DNA of 40,894 bases. It comes from Candidatus Zixiibacteriota bacterium. GTDB taxonomy: Bacteria > Zixibacteria > MSB-5A5 > CAIYYT01. The notes beneath the pieces are model-generated. The model was not told where the DNA came from. It saw only the letters and a list, made by a program, of their open reading frames with translations, and searched no databases. How positions within the stretch are numbered: position 1 is the stretch's first letter; every line of letters starts with the position of its first letter. The translations under genes were made by a program, and so were the position numbers. Of the stretch, positions 26,358 through 36,053 are shown in pieces. The stretch is from the NCBI GenBank assembly GCA_040235515.1, contig JBECKX010000016.1, positions 1 through 40,894 on the forward strand. The letters run 5' to 3'.

Positions 26358-26711
26358 ATGAAGGAATCTGATGTTTGTCAGGTGCGTTTCAGCGATCAGG
26401 CGAAGGTTGATCTGCTGTTGAAACGGCAGAAGGATAATCGCACGATGGCGGCGCTGGCGGAGATATTCCGGGTATTGGGGGACCCGACCCGGCTACGGAT
26501 CTGCATGTTCCTGTCGCAGGCTGAGTTATGCGTATGCGACCTGGCGGCGATCCTGGGAGTCTCGGAGTCAGCGGTGTCGCACCAGTTGCGGGTCTTGCGC
26601 GGACAGCGCCTGGTAAAGTATCGTCGCGAGGGGAAGATGGCTTTCTACTCGCTTGATGACGACCACGTGCAGGCTTTGATCGCACAGGGGCTGGAGCACG
26701 TAGAGGAGTAA
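26358..26711 (+). CDS. ArsR/SmtB family metal-sensing repressor (SmtB/CadC/ZiaR-like)
   Basis: F..LGDPTRL.I, ELCVCDL (alpha3), SAVSHQLRVLR, and alpha5 site LDDDHV...EHVEE. Confidence 0.95.
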   Translation: MKESDVCQVRFSDQAKVDLLLKRQKDNRTMAALAEIFRVLGDPTRLRICMFLSQAELCVCDLAAILGVSESAVSHQLRVLRGQRLVKYRREGKMAFYSLDDDHVQALIAQGLEHVEE

Positions 26712-26723
26712 AGGCGGGAGCTG

Positions 26724-28787
26724 ATGGCTATTGCTCGAGTGGAAGCCAGGACGACGCGGATCGACTGCCCCAACTGCGCCAGGACTGCGGAGTCGGAGAT
26801 CAGGAAGCTGCGGGGGGTTGCGGAAGCGCGTGTTGACCTGCTGAAGAGCCGGGTGATCTACAGCTACGACAGCGACATCACCACCGATGGCAGATTGCGC
26901 TCCGAGATGGAGCGGCTGGGACATTTCCGGTTCGTGGATGACAAGGCAGCTGATGCAGCGGCACTTCCCTTTTCACGCGCCCTGCTCTGGTCGTTGATCA
27001 GTTCGATCGTTATTGCCGGGCTGGGCTTGATGCTACTCACGCTGTATGGTTCGAGCGAGATCAGCGCTGGATTGTTCTATCTGGCGATCGGGGTTGGCGG
27101 CTGGGATATCGTCCGGCGCGCTTTTGCCTCGCTGCGCAATCTGCGGCTCGACATGAATGCGCTGATGGCAATTGCGATTGTGGGGGCAATCGCGATTGGC
27201 GATCTGTTCGAGGCGTTGTCGGTGGTTATCCTGTTCGACCTGGCGAATCTGCTGGAATCGTTTTCTCTGTGGAAGCTTTCCCGCAATCTGACCGACCTGC
27301 AGGAGTTCACGAGTGAGGCCGCCCTGCTCAAGCAGGGAGAGAAGACGATCAGGGTATCTCCGGAGAGCCTCCAAAGCGGTGATATCGTGGTGGTGAGAGA
27401 GGGAATGCGGGTTCCGGCTGATGGGGAGATCGTCAGCGGGTCATCGTCAGTTGATATGTCATCGCTGACGGGGGAACCGCAGCCGGTGGCTGTGAACGTC
27501 GGGGCTGAGCTGTTTGCAGGCAGCATGAATCTGGATGGTTACCTGGAGATCAGGGTCACGTCGACCCTGGCTGAGTCGCGGATCAGCCAGATCATGAGCC
27601 TGGTCGAGGAGGCATCGGGGCGCAAGGCGAAGGTCGAGCGGCTGGTTGATCGTTTCGCGCAGGTTTACACGCCTGTCGTGGTAGCGCTGGCGGTGCTGGT
27701 CGCGGTGGTGCCGCCGCTCTTAGCGGGGGGAAGCTTCGTGGATTGGTTCTATAAGGCGCTGGTATTTCTGGTTATCTCCTGCCCGTGCGCGCTGGTGATT
27801 TCGACTCCGGTAGCTGTTACGACCGCACTGGCTGCGGGTTCGCGGTTGCGGGCGATCATCAGGGGCGGTGATGTGATTGAGCGACTGGCGCGGGTTCGCA
27901 CGGTTGCTTTCGACAAGACCGGAACGCTGACTTCGGGAAGGATGCAACTCAGAGAGATTGAACTTCATTCTGAGTTAACCCGCGCGGAAGCGATAGCGAT
28001 CGCCGCCGGATTAGAGAGCGTGTCGAACCATCCGGTTGCAGCGGCGGTCATGAGGTCAGCACGCAGCGAGCGTATCACTCCACAGCAGATTGTGGAGCAG
28101 AGATCGCTGCCGGGGGTTGGGGTGACAGGAACGCTTGCGGGACGGAAGTACGCTTTCGGCGGGGTTCAACTCCTGTCGGGTCACGACTTGCAGCGAGATG
28201 GAGAGGGAGCGACCTCATTCTTGATGCAAGAAGAGAAGCTGGTGGCGGTTTTCCGATTCATGGAGGAGATCAGGCCTGAGGCTGAAGCCACCGTGGCGAA
28301 GTTGCGGACTCTCGGTTTGCATGCTGTGGGAATGATATCGGGCGATCGGCGAGAGAATGTCGAGAAGTTGAGCGAGCGGCTGGGCTTGGACTTCGCGTAT
28401 GCCGAACAACTACCTGATGACAAATTCCGAACGGTGAGTGGATTGGGGGAGAATGTAGCGATGGTGGGAGATGGTATCAATGACGTCGTTGCGCTCTCCG
28501 GCTCCGACCTCTCGGTCTCGATCGGCAAGTTCGGCGGCGACATTCCTGCACGGCACGCTGACATCGTGTTGTACGGGGACAGCATTGCAGAGCTGCCGGA
28601 GCTGCTGAAACTGGGGCGGCGCACGCTTTCCCTGATCAAGGGGAATATCGCTTTCGCCTTCGGAGTAAAGCTGCTTTTCCTGGCGCTGGCGGCGTTGGGC
28701 TATGCCAACATCTGGATGGCGGTGGTAGCGGATATGGGGGCATCGCTGGCGGTAATTTTCAATAGCTTGCGGCTGTTGCGGAGATAG
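26724..28787 (+). CDS. cadA: Heavy-metal P1B-type ATPase (Zn/Cd/Pb, ZntA/CadA-like)
   Basis: N-terminal DCPNC HMA domain, TGE, SCPCAL, DKTGT, HP and GDGIND; K in TM (FGVKL) and AD.G typical of P1B-2. Confidence 0.9.
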   Translation: MAIARVEARTTRIDCPNCARTAESEIRKLRGVAEARVDLLKSRVIYSYDSDITTDGRLRSEMERLGHFRFVDDKAADAAALPFSRALLWSLISSIVIAGLGLMLLTLYGSSEISAGLFYLAIGVGGWDIVRRAFASLRNLRLDMNALMAIAIVGAIAIGDLFEALSVVILFDLANLLESFSLWKLSRNLTDLQEFTSEAALLKQGEKTIRVSPESLQSGDIVVVREGMRVPADGEIVSGSSSVDMSSLTGEPQPVAVNVGAELFAGSMNLDGYLEIRVTSTLAESRISQIMSLVEEASGRKAKVERLVDRFAQVYTPVVVALAVLVAVVPPLLAGGSFVDWFYKALVFLVISCPCALVISTPVAVTTALAAGSRLRAIIRGGDVIERLARVRTVAFDKTGTLTSGRMQLREIELHSELTRAEAIAIAAGLESVSNHPVAAAVMRSARSERITPQQIVEQRSLPGVGVTGTLAGRKYAFGGVQLLSGHDLQRDGEGATSFLMQEEKLVAVFRFMEEIRPEAEATVAKLRTLGLHAVGMISGDRRENVEKLSERLGLDFAYAEQLPDDKFRTVSGLGENVAMVGDGINDVVALSGSDLSVSIGKFGGDIPARHADIVLYGDSIAELPELLKLGRRTLSLIKGNIAFAFGVKLLFLALAALGYANIWMAVVADMGASLAVIFNSLRLLRR

Positions 28788-28915
28788 TTATTGCGGTGGC
28801 TCAATCTGCGACGTGGAAGAGTGAACCTTCGGAGGTAAGACCATTCGTCCAAGGAGAATAGCCTCACGACAGTCGGAATACCCACCCAGTCGCCGGGATT
28901 CAGAATGCTAAGAAG

Positions 28916-28952
28916 TGCGCGAAGCAGAGTTAACTGCTCCGCGCATTTATTC
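28916..28952 (+). terminator. Rho-independent terminator-like hairpin
   Basis: tgcgcgaagcag-agttaa-ctgctccgcgca followed by tttatt, between convergent genes. Confidence 0.55.
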
Positions 28953-28996
28953 AATACCCATTCTACTATGGATGTTCGGCTGTGTCGGAGAATCGA

Positions 28997-31231
28997 CTAG
29001 GGGCAGCCGGCGCAGGGTGCGGGACCACCACCAAAGATGAAATTGACAATATGGACGGCATCAGAGATCGAGACCGCCCCACTGCAGTCGGCATCTGCTG
29101 CCTCGAGCGGTACCGGTGCGGGGCCGCCGCCGAAGATGAAGTTGACGATGAAGACGGCGTCAGAGATCGAGACTGCATCACTGCCGTCAGCGTCGCCACA
29201 GAGGTAGGCTTTGCTGGTATAGAACCTGCTGGCCGCCGAGAAGCCGGAGCTGTTGTTCGCAGCATCGGTAGCATCCACTCGGAAGTAGAACTCGGTTCCA
29301 TCCTCAAGGGTGTCGGCGGCGAAGATATTGCCGGCCAGGCCGGCGGTATCGATTTCCAGCATGGTGAAGGCAGCGTCGCGAGCAACCTGTAGATGATAGT
29401 TTACGGGAGCAGCCTTGGCGACCGCAGTCCACTCGAAGATGGTAGCGCCGAAGTCAACCGTATCGTCTGCCAGCGGCGCGATCAGGAATGGGACATTGGG
29501 CGCCTGGCTGTCGATCGTGAGCAGGCGGCTCGGTTCGGCGAGCGCGGTGGTATCGCCGTTGGTATTGACGCCAAACACGCGCCAATGCCAGTCACCATCG
29601 GGGAGGGTCGCCCCGAATTGGTGAGAAGTGGTTGTAAGCGCGGTGGCTTCATAGTCGATGGACTCGAACGCGGGATCGTCATCGACCTGTACCGTGTAGG
29701 TAAGCGCGGCGACTTGAGTGCCGGGAAATGGCGCCAGGTCGGCAGCGCTGGGGCCGCTCTTGGTCCATGAGAAAATTGGCGAATCGTCGTTAGTGTAGGT
29801 GGAATCGAGCGGCGCAATATACCGGGGTGCACCCAGACCGATCGTGAGTCGTGCGGTATAGCTATCTTGATTGGAGTTGCGGATATCGGTCCAGATCACC
29901 TGCACCTGATCCTCGTGAACCGACAAGCCGGTATACTCCCCTATCAACCCGGCGGTTGGCGCGAGGGGGGCTTTGCCCGGATCCGCAGGCGGCAGCGGGA
30001 AATCGTAAGTCGCGTAAAAGTCATCATCGAAGCGCTTCTTCGCAAACGTGGGATCGGAGGAGACCTCTGAGATACGGCGACTGGGCAGCCAGGTAGCTCC
30101 GGCATCGAAGGAATGACTCATGTAGAGGTCATACTCGAGATTGGTGGGACTGAGGCGTCGGTCGAACCAGATCGCGGTGAGAATGCCATCTTCGTTCACC
30201 TGCAGCCAGGGATGAAACTGATCTGCGCCATTGCCGATGGGGTCGTCGTGGATTCGCACGGGCGCCGACCAGCTGGCTCCACCATCGGTGGAACGACGAC
30301 ATTCGAGGTCGAGCTCTGAACCGGCGAATAAATTGGCGTTGAGGATGTAGATATTTCCATCATAGATTCCGCCGGTGATGTCTGCATCCATTGCGGGGAA
30401 CGCAAAGGTCGCAATACCGCCATTGATCACGGCTGATGTGATGCCAACCGGAGTGAGGGTTTGGTCGACGCCCCAGGTGACACCGCCGTCGGTGGATTTG
30501 TCATACTTGATTGTGGCGTCGTTGAAGGCAACCCAGGCGCAGTAGACGGTACCGTCGGAGCCGACCGTGACGGTGGGCCACTGCACGCCGCTAACGTCGG
30601 AGACCATTACAGGCCCGGCAAAGACATCGCCGACAATGCTGTGCACCATCATGATATCGACGGTAGTTCCGAAGCGTGCCCAGGGGATATAGATACGATC
30701 GTTGAAGGGTCCACCGGTGCGATCGACGGTCATCCATTGTTTGTCTTCGAAGATCGCCGGCAGGCCGATATCGACGGCTGCGGAGGGTGTGGTCCAGGTC
30801 AGTCCACCATCAGTGCTGCGGGTGACATAGAGTCCGTTGAAGCCGGTGGCGTTCATGAAGGTCAGACCGCAGACGAGGATATCTCCGGTGGAGGTATATG
30901 ACATGACGGGGTCAGAGACGCGATCGTAAGGAAAGATTGACATCAGGGAATCGACCCAGGTTTGTCCGCCATCGAAGGTGTTGCCAATTCCAACCTGGCG
31001 AAAGCCCAGCCGGAAGTCGCGCCAGACGCCGACAACGTTGTCGGGATCATTCGGATTGATTACGCACGCCTGCTCGTTTTGCAGCTGCGTGGTGGCATCG
31101 GTGTTGATCTTGATGTTCTCACCTTCCGCGAGCAGCGATGTGCTGAAAAGCAGCAGCGATGCGGCTGTTAATAGTATGAGGAGCAGTAGTGGATATGGTT
31201 TGCCGGAGTGGACGATAGCGACAACGCGCAT
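28997..31231 (-). CDS. Secreted BNR/Asp-box (sialidase-like beta-propeller) protein with Fn3-like domains and a C-terminal dockerin-like domain
   Basis: Asp boxes TFDGGQTW, STDGGLTW, STDGGVTW, STDGGASW and SFDAGATW; DKQW and GEY.G; Fn3-like WHWRV/FYFRV; duplicated DADxSxxVSISDAVxIVNFIFGGGPAP. GGAGGT RBS before ATG 31231. Confidence 0.8.
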   Translation of the reverse strand: MRVVAIVHSGKPYPLLLLILLTAASLLLFSTSLLAEGENIKINTDATTQLQNEQACVINPNDPDNVVGVWRDFRLGFRQVGIGNTFDGGQTWVDSLMSIFPYDRVSDPVMSYTSTGDILVCGLTFMNATGFNGLYVTRSTDGGLTWTTPSAAVDIGLPAIFEDKQWMTVDRTGGPFNDRIYIPWARFGTTVDIMMVHSIVGDVFAGPVMVSDVSGVQWPTVTVGSDGTVYCAWVAFNDATIKYDKSTDGGVTWGVDQTLTPVGITSAVINGGIATFAFPAMDADITGGIYDGNIYILNANLFAGSELDLECRRSTDGGASWSAPVRIHDDPIGNGADQFHPWLQVNEDGILTAIWFDRRLSPTNLEYDLYMSHSFDAGATWLPSRRISEVSSDPTFAKKRFDDDFYATYDFPLPPADPGKAPLAPTAGLIGEYTGLSVHEDQVQVIWTDIRNSNQDSYTARLTIGLGAPRYIAPLDSTYTNDDSPIFSWTKSGPSAADLAPFPGTQVAALTYTVQVDDDPAFESIDYEATALTTTSHQFGATLPDGDWHWRVFGVNTNGDTTALAEPSRLLTIDSQAPNVPFLIAPLADDTVDFGATIFEWTAVAKAAPVNYHLQVARDAAFTMLEIDTAGLAGNIFAADTLEDGTEFYFRVDATDAANNSSGFSAASRFYTSKAYLCGDADGSDAVSISDAVFIVNFIFGGGPAPVPLEAADADCSGAVSISDAVHIVNFIFGGGPAPCAGCP

Positions 31232-31555
31232 GGGTACCTCCCGAATGTGCAAGTATGGTTGTGGTGACTAGAATATAGCACGAGACGCCGTTTCTTCAAG
31301 TGCTACTTACTATAGGACGTTCATTCAGGGGGAGTGTTGCATCACTGGCGAGCGGGCAGCCAGATTTTCACGCGAATGGCAGTAGTGGTGAGGTCGCGCA
31401 GCTGCGAGTCATGCGGGACTGGATATGCTTGTCCGAATTTGACTTGCGGAATGTAAGGATATCAGGTAGTTTCCCAAATCAAATCAGCAAAGCAGTAGAT
31501 AACGCGCAGTAGCGGGTTTATATCAGCAACCTAAAAGAGCATCTGAGGCGTAGCT

Positions 31556-32953
31556 ATGGAATTCATGCAACCGATGAAGAGTGTGATCGATTTTCTGTCG
31601 AGCCTGATCTGGTCGAAACCGGAGGTATTTCCGGCGATGGTGGCACTGCTCGTCGGCACGGGTCTGTTTATGACCTTCCGGCTGGGATTTCCGCAGTTTC
31701 GCTACCTGTGGCACTCGATTCAGATAACTCGCGGCAAGTATGATGATCCACGGGACGCCGGAGACATTACCCATTTCCAGGCGCTCTCGGCGGCGCTCTC
31801 AGCCACGGTTGGGATAGGCAATATCGCTGGGGTTGCGACTGCGATCCACTATGGCGGTCCGGGGGCGTTGTTCTGGATGTGGGTGACGGGCCTGCTGGGG
31901 ACATCACTGAAGTATGCCGAGTGCACCCTATCGATGAAGTATCGCAAGATTAACGCGGATGGTTCGGCGTCGGGTGGGCCGATGTACTACATGGAGAAGG
32001 CGCTGGGCTGGAAGCCGCTGGCGGTGCTGTTCGCCATCGGTGGAGTGCTGGCATCCTTCGGTACAGGCAACGCGATACAGGCGTTCACGGTTGCCGATCA
32101 GTTCAATTCAGATTTTGGAATCTCACCCTATGTGACCGGCATCGTGGTAGCGGTGGTAGTCGGTGCGGTGATCATCGGCGGCATCAAGCGTATCGGCCGC
32201 GTGACGATGATCCTCTCCCCGGCGATGGCGACTTTATACTTCATCGCCGGAATGATCATCATCCTGATGAACATCGACAAGCTGCCGAGCACTTTCGCGA
32301 TGATTTTCAAGGATGCGTTTTCGACATCCGGCGCGGTGGGGGGATTTGCAGGTTCGGCGTTTATCCATACGATGATCTGGGGGGTCAAGCGCGGGTTGTT
32401 CTCGAATGAGGCGGGTCAGGGTTCCGCCCCGATTGCCCATGCGGCGGCAAAGACCAAGGAGCCGGTGCGAGAAGGTACGGTTGCGATGATGGGACCTTAC
32501 ATCGATACGATCGTGATCTGTACGATTACCGGTCTTTGCATCCTGCTGACCGACGCCTGGACCGCGACCGTTAACGGCGAGGCGCTGAATGCTTCACCCA
32601 TGACGGCATACGCTTTCGATCAGGGGTTGAGTTTCTTAGGGGGAGCCGGCAAGTACATTGTCACATTCGCAGTGTTGTTGTTCGGGACTTCAACGATGAT
32701 TACCTGGTCGTATTACGGTGACCGCTCGGCGGAGTACCTCTTCGGCAGAAATGTCATACAGGCATACCGGTACGTTTTCTGCCTCGTGCTGTTTCTCGGG
32801 GCGATCACCCGACTGGAGGTCGTTTGGGGATTCGGCGATATCGCGCTGGGTGTGATGGCGATACCGAATCTGATCGCGATTATTGCGCTCTCGAACAAGT
32901 TCAAGGCGCTGCAGGACGACTATTACTCGCGTGAACACAAGATGCTGAAGTAG
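31556..32953 (+). CDS. Alanine/glycine:cation symporter (AGCS/AlsT family)
   Basis: FQAL...LSATVGIGNIAGVATAI..GGPGALFWMW, GGPMYY, RGLFSNEAGQGSAPIAHAAA and DTIVICT. Confidence 0.95.
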   Translation: MEFMQPMKSVIDFLSSLIWSKPEVFPAMVALLVGTGLFMTFRLGFPQFRYLWHSIQITRGKYDDPRDAGDITHFQALSAALSATVGIGNIAGVATAIHYGGPGALFWMWVTGLLGTSLKYAECTLSMKYRKINADGSASGGPMYYMEKALGWKPLAVLFAIGGVLASFGTGNAIQAFTVADQFNSDFGISPYVTGIVVAVVVGAVIIGGIKRIGRVTMILSPAMATLYFIAGMIIILMNIDKLPSTFAMIFKDAFSTSGAVGGFAGSAFIHTMIWGVKRGLFSNEAGQGSAPIAHAAAKTKEPVREGTVAMMGPYIDTIVICTITGLCILLTDAWTATVNGEALNASPMTAYAFDQGLSFLGGAGKYIVTFAVLLFGTSTMITWSYYGDRSAEYLFGRNVIQAYRYVFCLVLFLGAITRLEVVWGFGDIALGVMAIPNLIAIIALSNKFKALQDDYYSREHKMLK

Positions 32954-33045
32954 CCGCAGCGGGCGGGACTGAGGCACGCTCAGAACCGGCCGGAACCGGG
33001 TAGCTGCAGTGAATACAAAGGGGAGAGATGATTCCACTATGATGC

Positions 33046-33074
33046 TTGACATCTTGCTCCACTACCGTTAATTT
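33046..33074 (+). promoter_or_regulatory. Sigma70 promoter TTGACA-17-TAATTT
   Basis: Perfect -35, 17-bp spacer, about 36 nt upstream of ATG 33111. Confidence 0.6.
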
Positions 33075-33110
33075 GATCACATACAGGTAATTCAAAACGA
33101 GGTTAAGGCG

Positions 33111-34760
33111 ATGATGGGGTTTCAAGCCTTCGATAAACGCTTGCTGGCGGGAGTTGTTGCCGTCGTGCTGGCGAGCGTCACTGCGTTTTCCCAGCAGAGC
33201 ACAACAGGTCCGGAACCTCCGAAGGGAATCGATCGGGGGCTGCGCCCGCCCGACCGCACTCAGCGTGTGATTCCCGACGTTCCACGCTATTTCTGGCATC
33301 ATGGCTGTGGGCCGACCGCCGCCGGGATGGTGATCGGATTCTGGGATGCGAACGGATATCCCGACTTGATTGAGGGGGACGCTTCCACGTTTACGTTCGA
33401 AGTGTCGCAGGCGATTGCCACTGACAACATTGGAACGTGCGACTCAACCGGTCTTGACCATTACGGCGATTATGCGTGCCCCTTCGATGCCGCACCGGGT
33501 CCAATCCAACCGGACTGTTCAGAGACGGGGGGGACTCATGCGAACAATTGCCTGGCTGATTTCATGTATACTTCCCGCAGCGCCTTCTACAACTACTACG
33601 GCTGGAGCTGGTTCAGCGATGATGGACGAGCGCTACGCGATTATGTGCTTTACAAGCTGCCTGATGCGAATCCGGTCGTGGAAACGATCGAGTACAATGA
33701 CTTCAGCTGGGAGGAATTCAAGGCGGAAATCGACGCGCGCCGCCCGCTGATCCTGCTGGTTGACACGGGGAACGACGGGATAACGGATCATTTCGTTACG
33801 GCGATCGGCTATGACGACGTCAAGCAGGAGTACGCCTGCCTCGACACCTGGGATAGCAACGTTCATTGGTATGAGTGGCATCGGATCCGCCAGAATGATC
33901 CCTGGGGTATTTATGGCGTGACAACGCTGGCGCTCGATGTGGTTTGCAGCGATGCGGATGGTGACGGGCTCGGCGATCCCGGCGTGCCGGGCAATACCTG
34001 CGCAACCGACAACTGCCCGGGTGTCTTCAACCCGAATCAGGATGACATCGATGGAGACGGTTTGGGGGACCTGTGTGATCCCGACATGGATGGGGATGGC
34101 ATCGACAACGAATTCGACAACTGCCCGACCGTGGCAACCGCAGACCAGACCGACAGTGATGCTGATGGCGTGGGTGACCCGTGCGACAATTGTGTGGGGA
34201 CTCAGAATCCGCTGCAGCGTGATCAAAATGAGGATGGGATCGGCGATATGTGTGACGGCAATGTGTGGATCTACCCATTTCCGCACAATATCCCGGAGGC
34301 TTATCTCAACACGGAATTCGAGTTCCAGTTCGAGGGAGTGGGTGGCTCGCCGCCGTATGTCTGGTCGCAGTATGGCGGTGACCTGCCGTACGGCCTTGCG
34401 CTCGACTCTCAGAGCGGAATGATCTACGGTTCGGCGACCTGGAAAGCGACCTACTATTTCACGATCAAGCTGGAGGATTCATCCGATCCGCCGATATCGT
34501 GCCTGGTTGATTTCACGATTGTTGTGGTTGATCCGCCAGATCCGCAACCGGGGTGTGGCGATGCGGATGGCAGCCTGAGTATCTCCGTCGGTGATGCGGT
34601 TTTCCTGATCAACTACATCTTTGGTGGTGGAGCGGCGCCCGATCCGATTTCGCTCGGGGATGCCGATTGCAGCGGCGCCATTTCAATCGGTGATGCCGTT
34701 TACCTGATCGCTTACATTTTCGGCGGCGGCCCGGCACCCTGCGCAAGCTGCCCGGAGTGA
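33111..34760 (+). CDS. Secreted papain-like (C39/C10-like) cysteine peptidase domain + thrombospondin type-3 repeats + Ig-like domain + dockerin-like tail
   Basis: Signal peptide; GCGPTAAGM, DHFVTAIGYD, CLDTW; DNCP...NP.Q.D.DGDG.GD.CD repeats; GGSPPY.W...G.LP.GL.LD..SG.I.G; CGDADGS...DAVFLINYIFGGG duplicated. Confidence 0.8.
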   Translation: MMGFQAFDKRLLAGVVAVVLASVTAFSQQSTTGPEPPKGIDRGLRPPDRTQRVIPDVPRYFWHHGCGPTAAGMVIGFWDANGYPDLIEGDASTFTFEVSQAIATDNIGTCDSTGLDHYGDYACPFDAAPGPIQPDCSETGGTHANNCLADFMYTSRSAFYNYYGWSWFSDDGRALRDYVLYKLPDANPVVETIEYNDFSWEEFKAEIDARRPLILLVDTGNDGITDHFVTAIGYDDVKQEYACLDTWDSNVHWYEWHRIRQNDPWGIYGVTTLALDVVCSDADGDGLGDPGVPGNTCATDNCPGVFNPNQDDIDGDGLGDLCDPDMDGDGIDNEFDNCPTVATADQTDSDADGVGDPCDNCVGTQNPLQRDQNEDGIGDMCDGNVWIYPFPHNIPEAYLNTEFEFQFEGVGGSPPYVWSQYGGDLPYGLALDSQSGMIYGSATWKATYYFTIKLEDSSDPPISCLVDFTIVVVDPPDPQPGCGDADGSLSISVGDAVFLINYIFGGGAAPDPISLGDADCSGAISIGDAVYLIAYIFGGGPAPCASCPE

Positions 34761-34771
34761 AGGATCAGCTG

Positions 34772-35503
34772 TCAGTCGGTTTCCTGTTTGCTGATTTCCG
34801 TGGAGCGTGGATAGATAACGATTTCGGGGATTTGAACATGACGTGGTGAATCGGCGACTTCTCCGATCATGCGGGCGACGTCGGCGGTTTCGATCATCTG
34901 CCAGCGTTTCGGTTCAGCGCCGCCGATCAGTTCACCTGCCGAGTTCATGTTGTGCGGAAAGATCGAGGTGACTCTGATCTTGTGCGGCTTCAATTCTAGC
35001 CGAAGCGAATCAGCCAGCCCGCGCAGAGCGAACTTCGAGGCGGAGTAGCCGCTCAATTCCGCCAGCCCCTGCTTTCCGCCGATCGAATTGATGAAGATAA
35101 CCTGTCCTTCAGATTTTTTGAGCAAGTCCAGGGCATGCTTGGTTACCAGGAATGCGCCTTTACAGTTGACGCTCATGATGCGATCCCAATCGGTGTCGCT
35201 GAATTCGGAGATTCCACCCATCAGGAAGATTCCGGCATTGTTGACAAGGAGATCAAGGCGGCCGAACTGCCGGGCACAGACGCGCGCGATTTCTTCGGCG
35301 GTACCGGGCATGGTGATATCACCCGAGACGTAGCGCACCTCCGGCTTGTCGGTCAGTTCGCGGCGTACTTTCTGGGTGAGTTCGTGTTCCAGACCGACGA
35401 GCAACAGGGAAAAACCGCGGGCCTGCAGTTCCTTGGCGATGGCGAGCCCGAGGCCACGTGATCCCCCTGTGATTACAGCGACTCTTTCTGTGCCGTCATT
35501 CAT
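34772..35503 (-). CDS. Short-chain dehydrogenase/reductase
   Basis: TGGSRGLG, LVNNAG, NS and YSASK. Confidence 0.92.
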   Translation of the reverse strand: MNDGTERVAVITGGSRGLGLAIAKELQARGFSLLLVGLEHELTQKVRRELTDKPEVRYVSGDITMPGTAEEIARVCARQFGRLDLLVNNAGIFLMGGISEFSDTDWDRIMSVNCKGAFLVTKHALDLLKKSEGQVIFINSIGGKQGLAELSGYSASKFALRGLADSLRLELKPHKIRVTSIFPHNMNSAGELIGGAEPKRWQMIETADVARMIGEVADSPRHVQIPEIVIYPRSTEISKQETD

Positions 35504-35560
35504 AGCTGACTCCTTCCCGCTTCAGATGACACCGGCTGGCCGGTTCTCCACGACGCCCGG

Positions 35561-35977
35561 TCAGGCATCTTTGCGACTGACCTCGAACCGGTTATTCTCG
35601 GACTCCCAAAGAGTGACTTTATCGAGCAGTCCCCTACCAATCTCATTGTCGAGGATTTCAAATATTCTCGCGGCGAAGGTCTCGGTGGTCGGAATCAGGC
35701 CGCGCATGAATTCAACATCGACGTTCAGGTTTTTGTGATCCACCTTATCGACGATTGAGCGATTGATGATCTGTTTGAGTTCGCTGAGGTTGATGATCAT
35801 ACCGGTTTGTGGATCGGGTTCGCCGGCGACGGTCACTTCCAGAATGAAGTTATGACCGTGACCATTGGGATTCGAACAGAGACCGAAGACTTCGAGGTTT
35901 TTCTGATCGGAGAATTCAGGATTGTAGAGCCGGTGACCTGCGCAGAAGTGGACGCGCTTGGTAATGGCAATCTTCAA
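35561..35977 (-). CDS. 6-pyruvoyl-tetrahydropterin synthase family (QueD/PTPS), type II-like motif
   Basis: F.AGHRL, N..VFG.CSNPNGHGHN, TGM, VDHKNLN, PTTE and LWE..N. TTG start with GAGG RBS. Confidence 0.92.
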   Translation of the reverse strand: MKIAITKRVHFCAGHRLYNPEFSDQKNLEVFGLCSNPNGHGHNFILEVTVAGEPDPQTGMIINLSELKQIINRSIVDKVDHKNLNVDVEFMRGLIPTTETFAARIFEILDNEIGRGLLDKVTLWESENNRFEVSRKDA

Positions 35978-36053
35978 GGCCGATTCCTCTCTTGATGTTC
36001 AGTGAAAATTCACCGACAACTGATTTGCGTGTGAATACGATCGAGCGGGTAAT

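Noticed and set aside
31253..31555. Glycine riboswitch expected upstream of an AGCS symporter
   Set aside because: No GGAGA...CCGAAG...CTCAGG aptamer pattern found by eye.
35561..35977. Assigning the symbol queD
   Set aside because: The active-site spacing is Cx5HGH and no queC/queE/queF genes are nearby, so a queuosine role is not supported.
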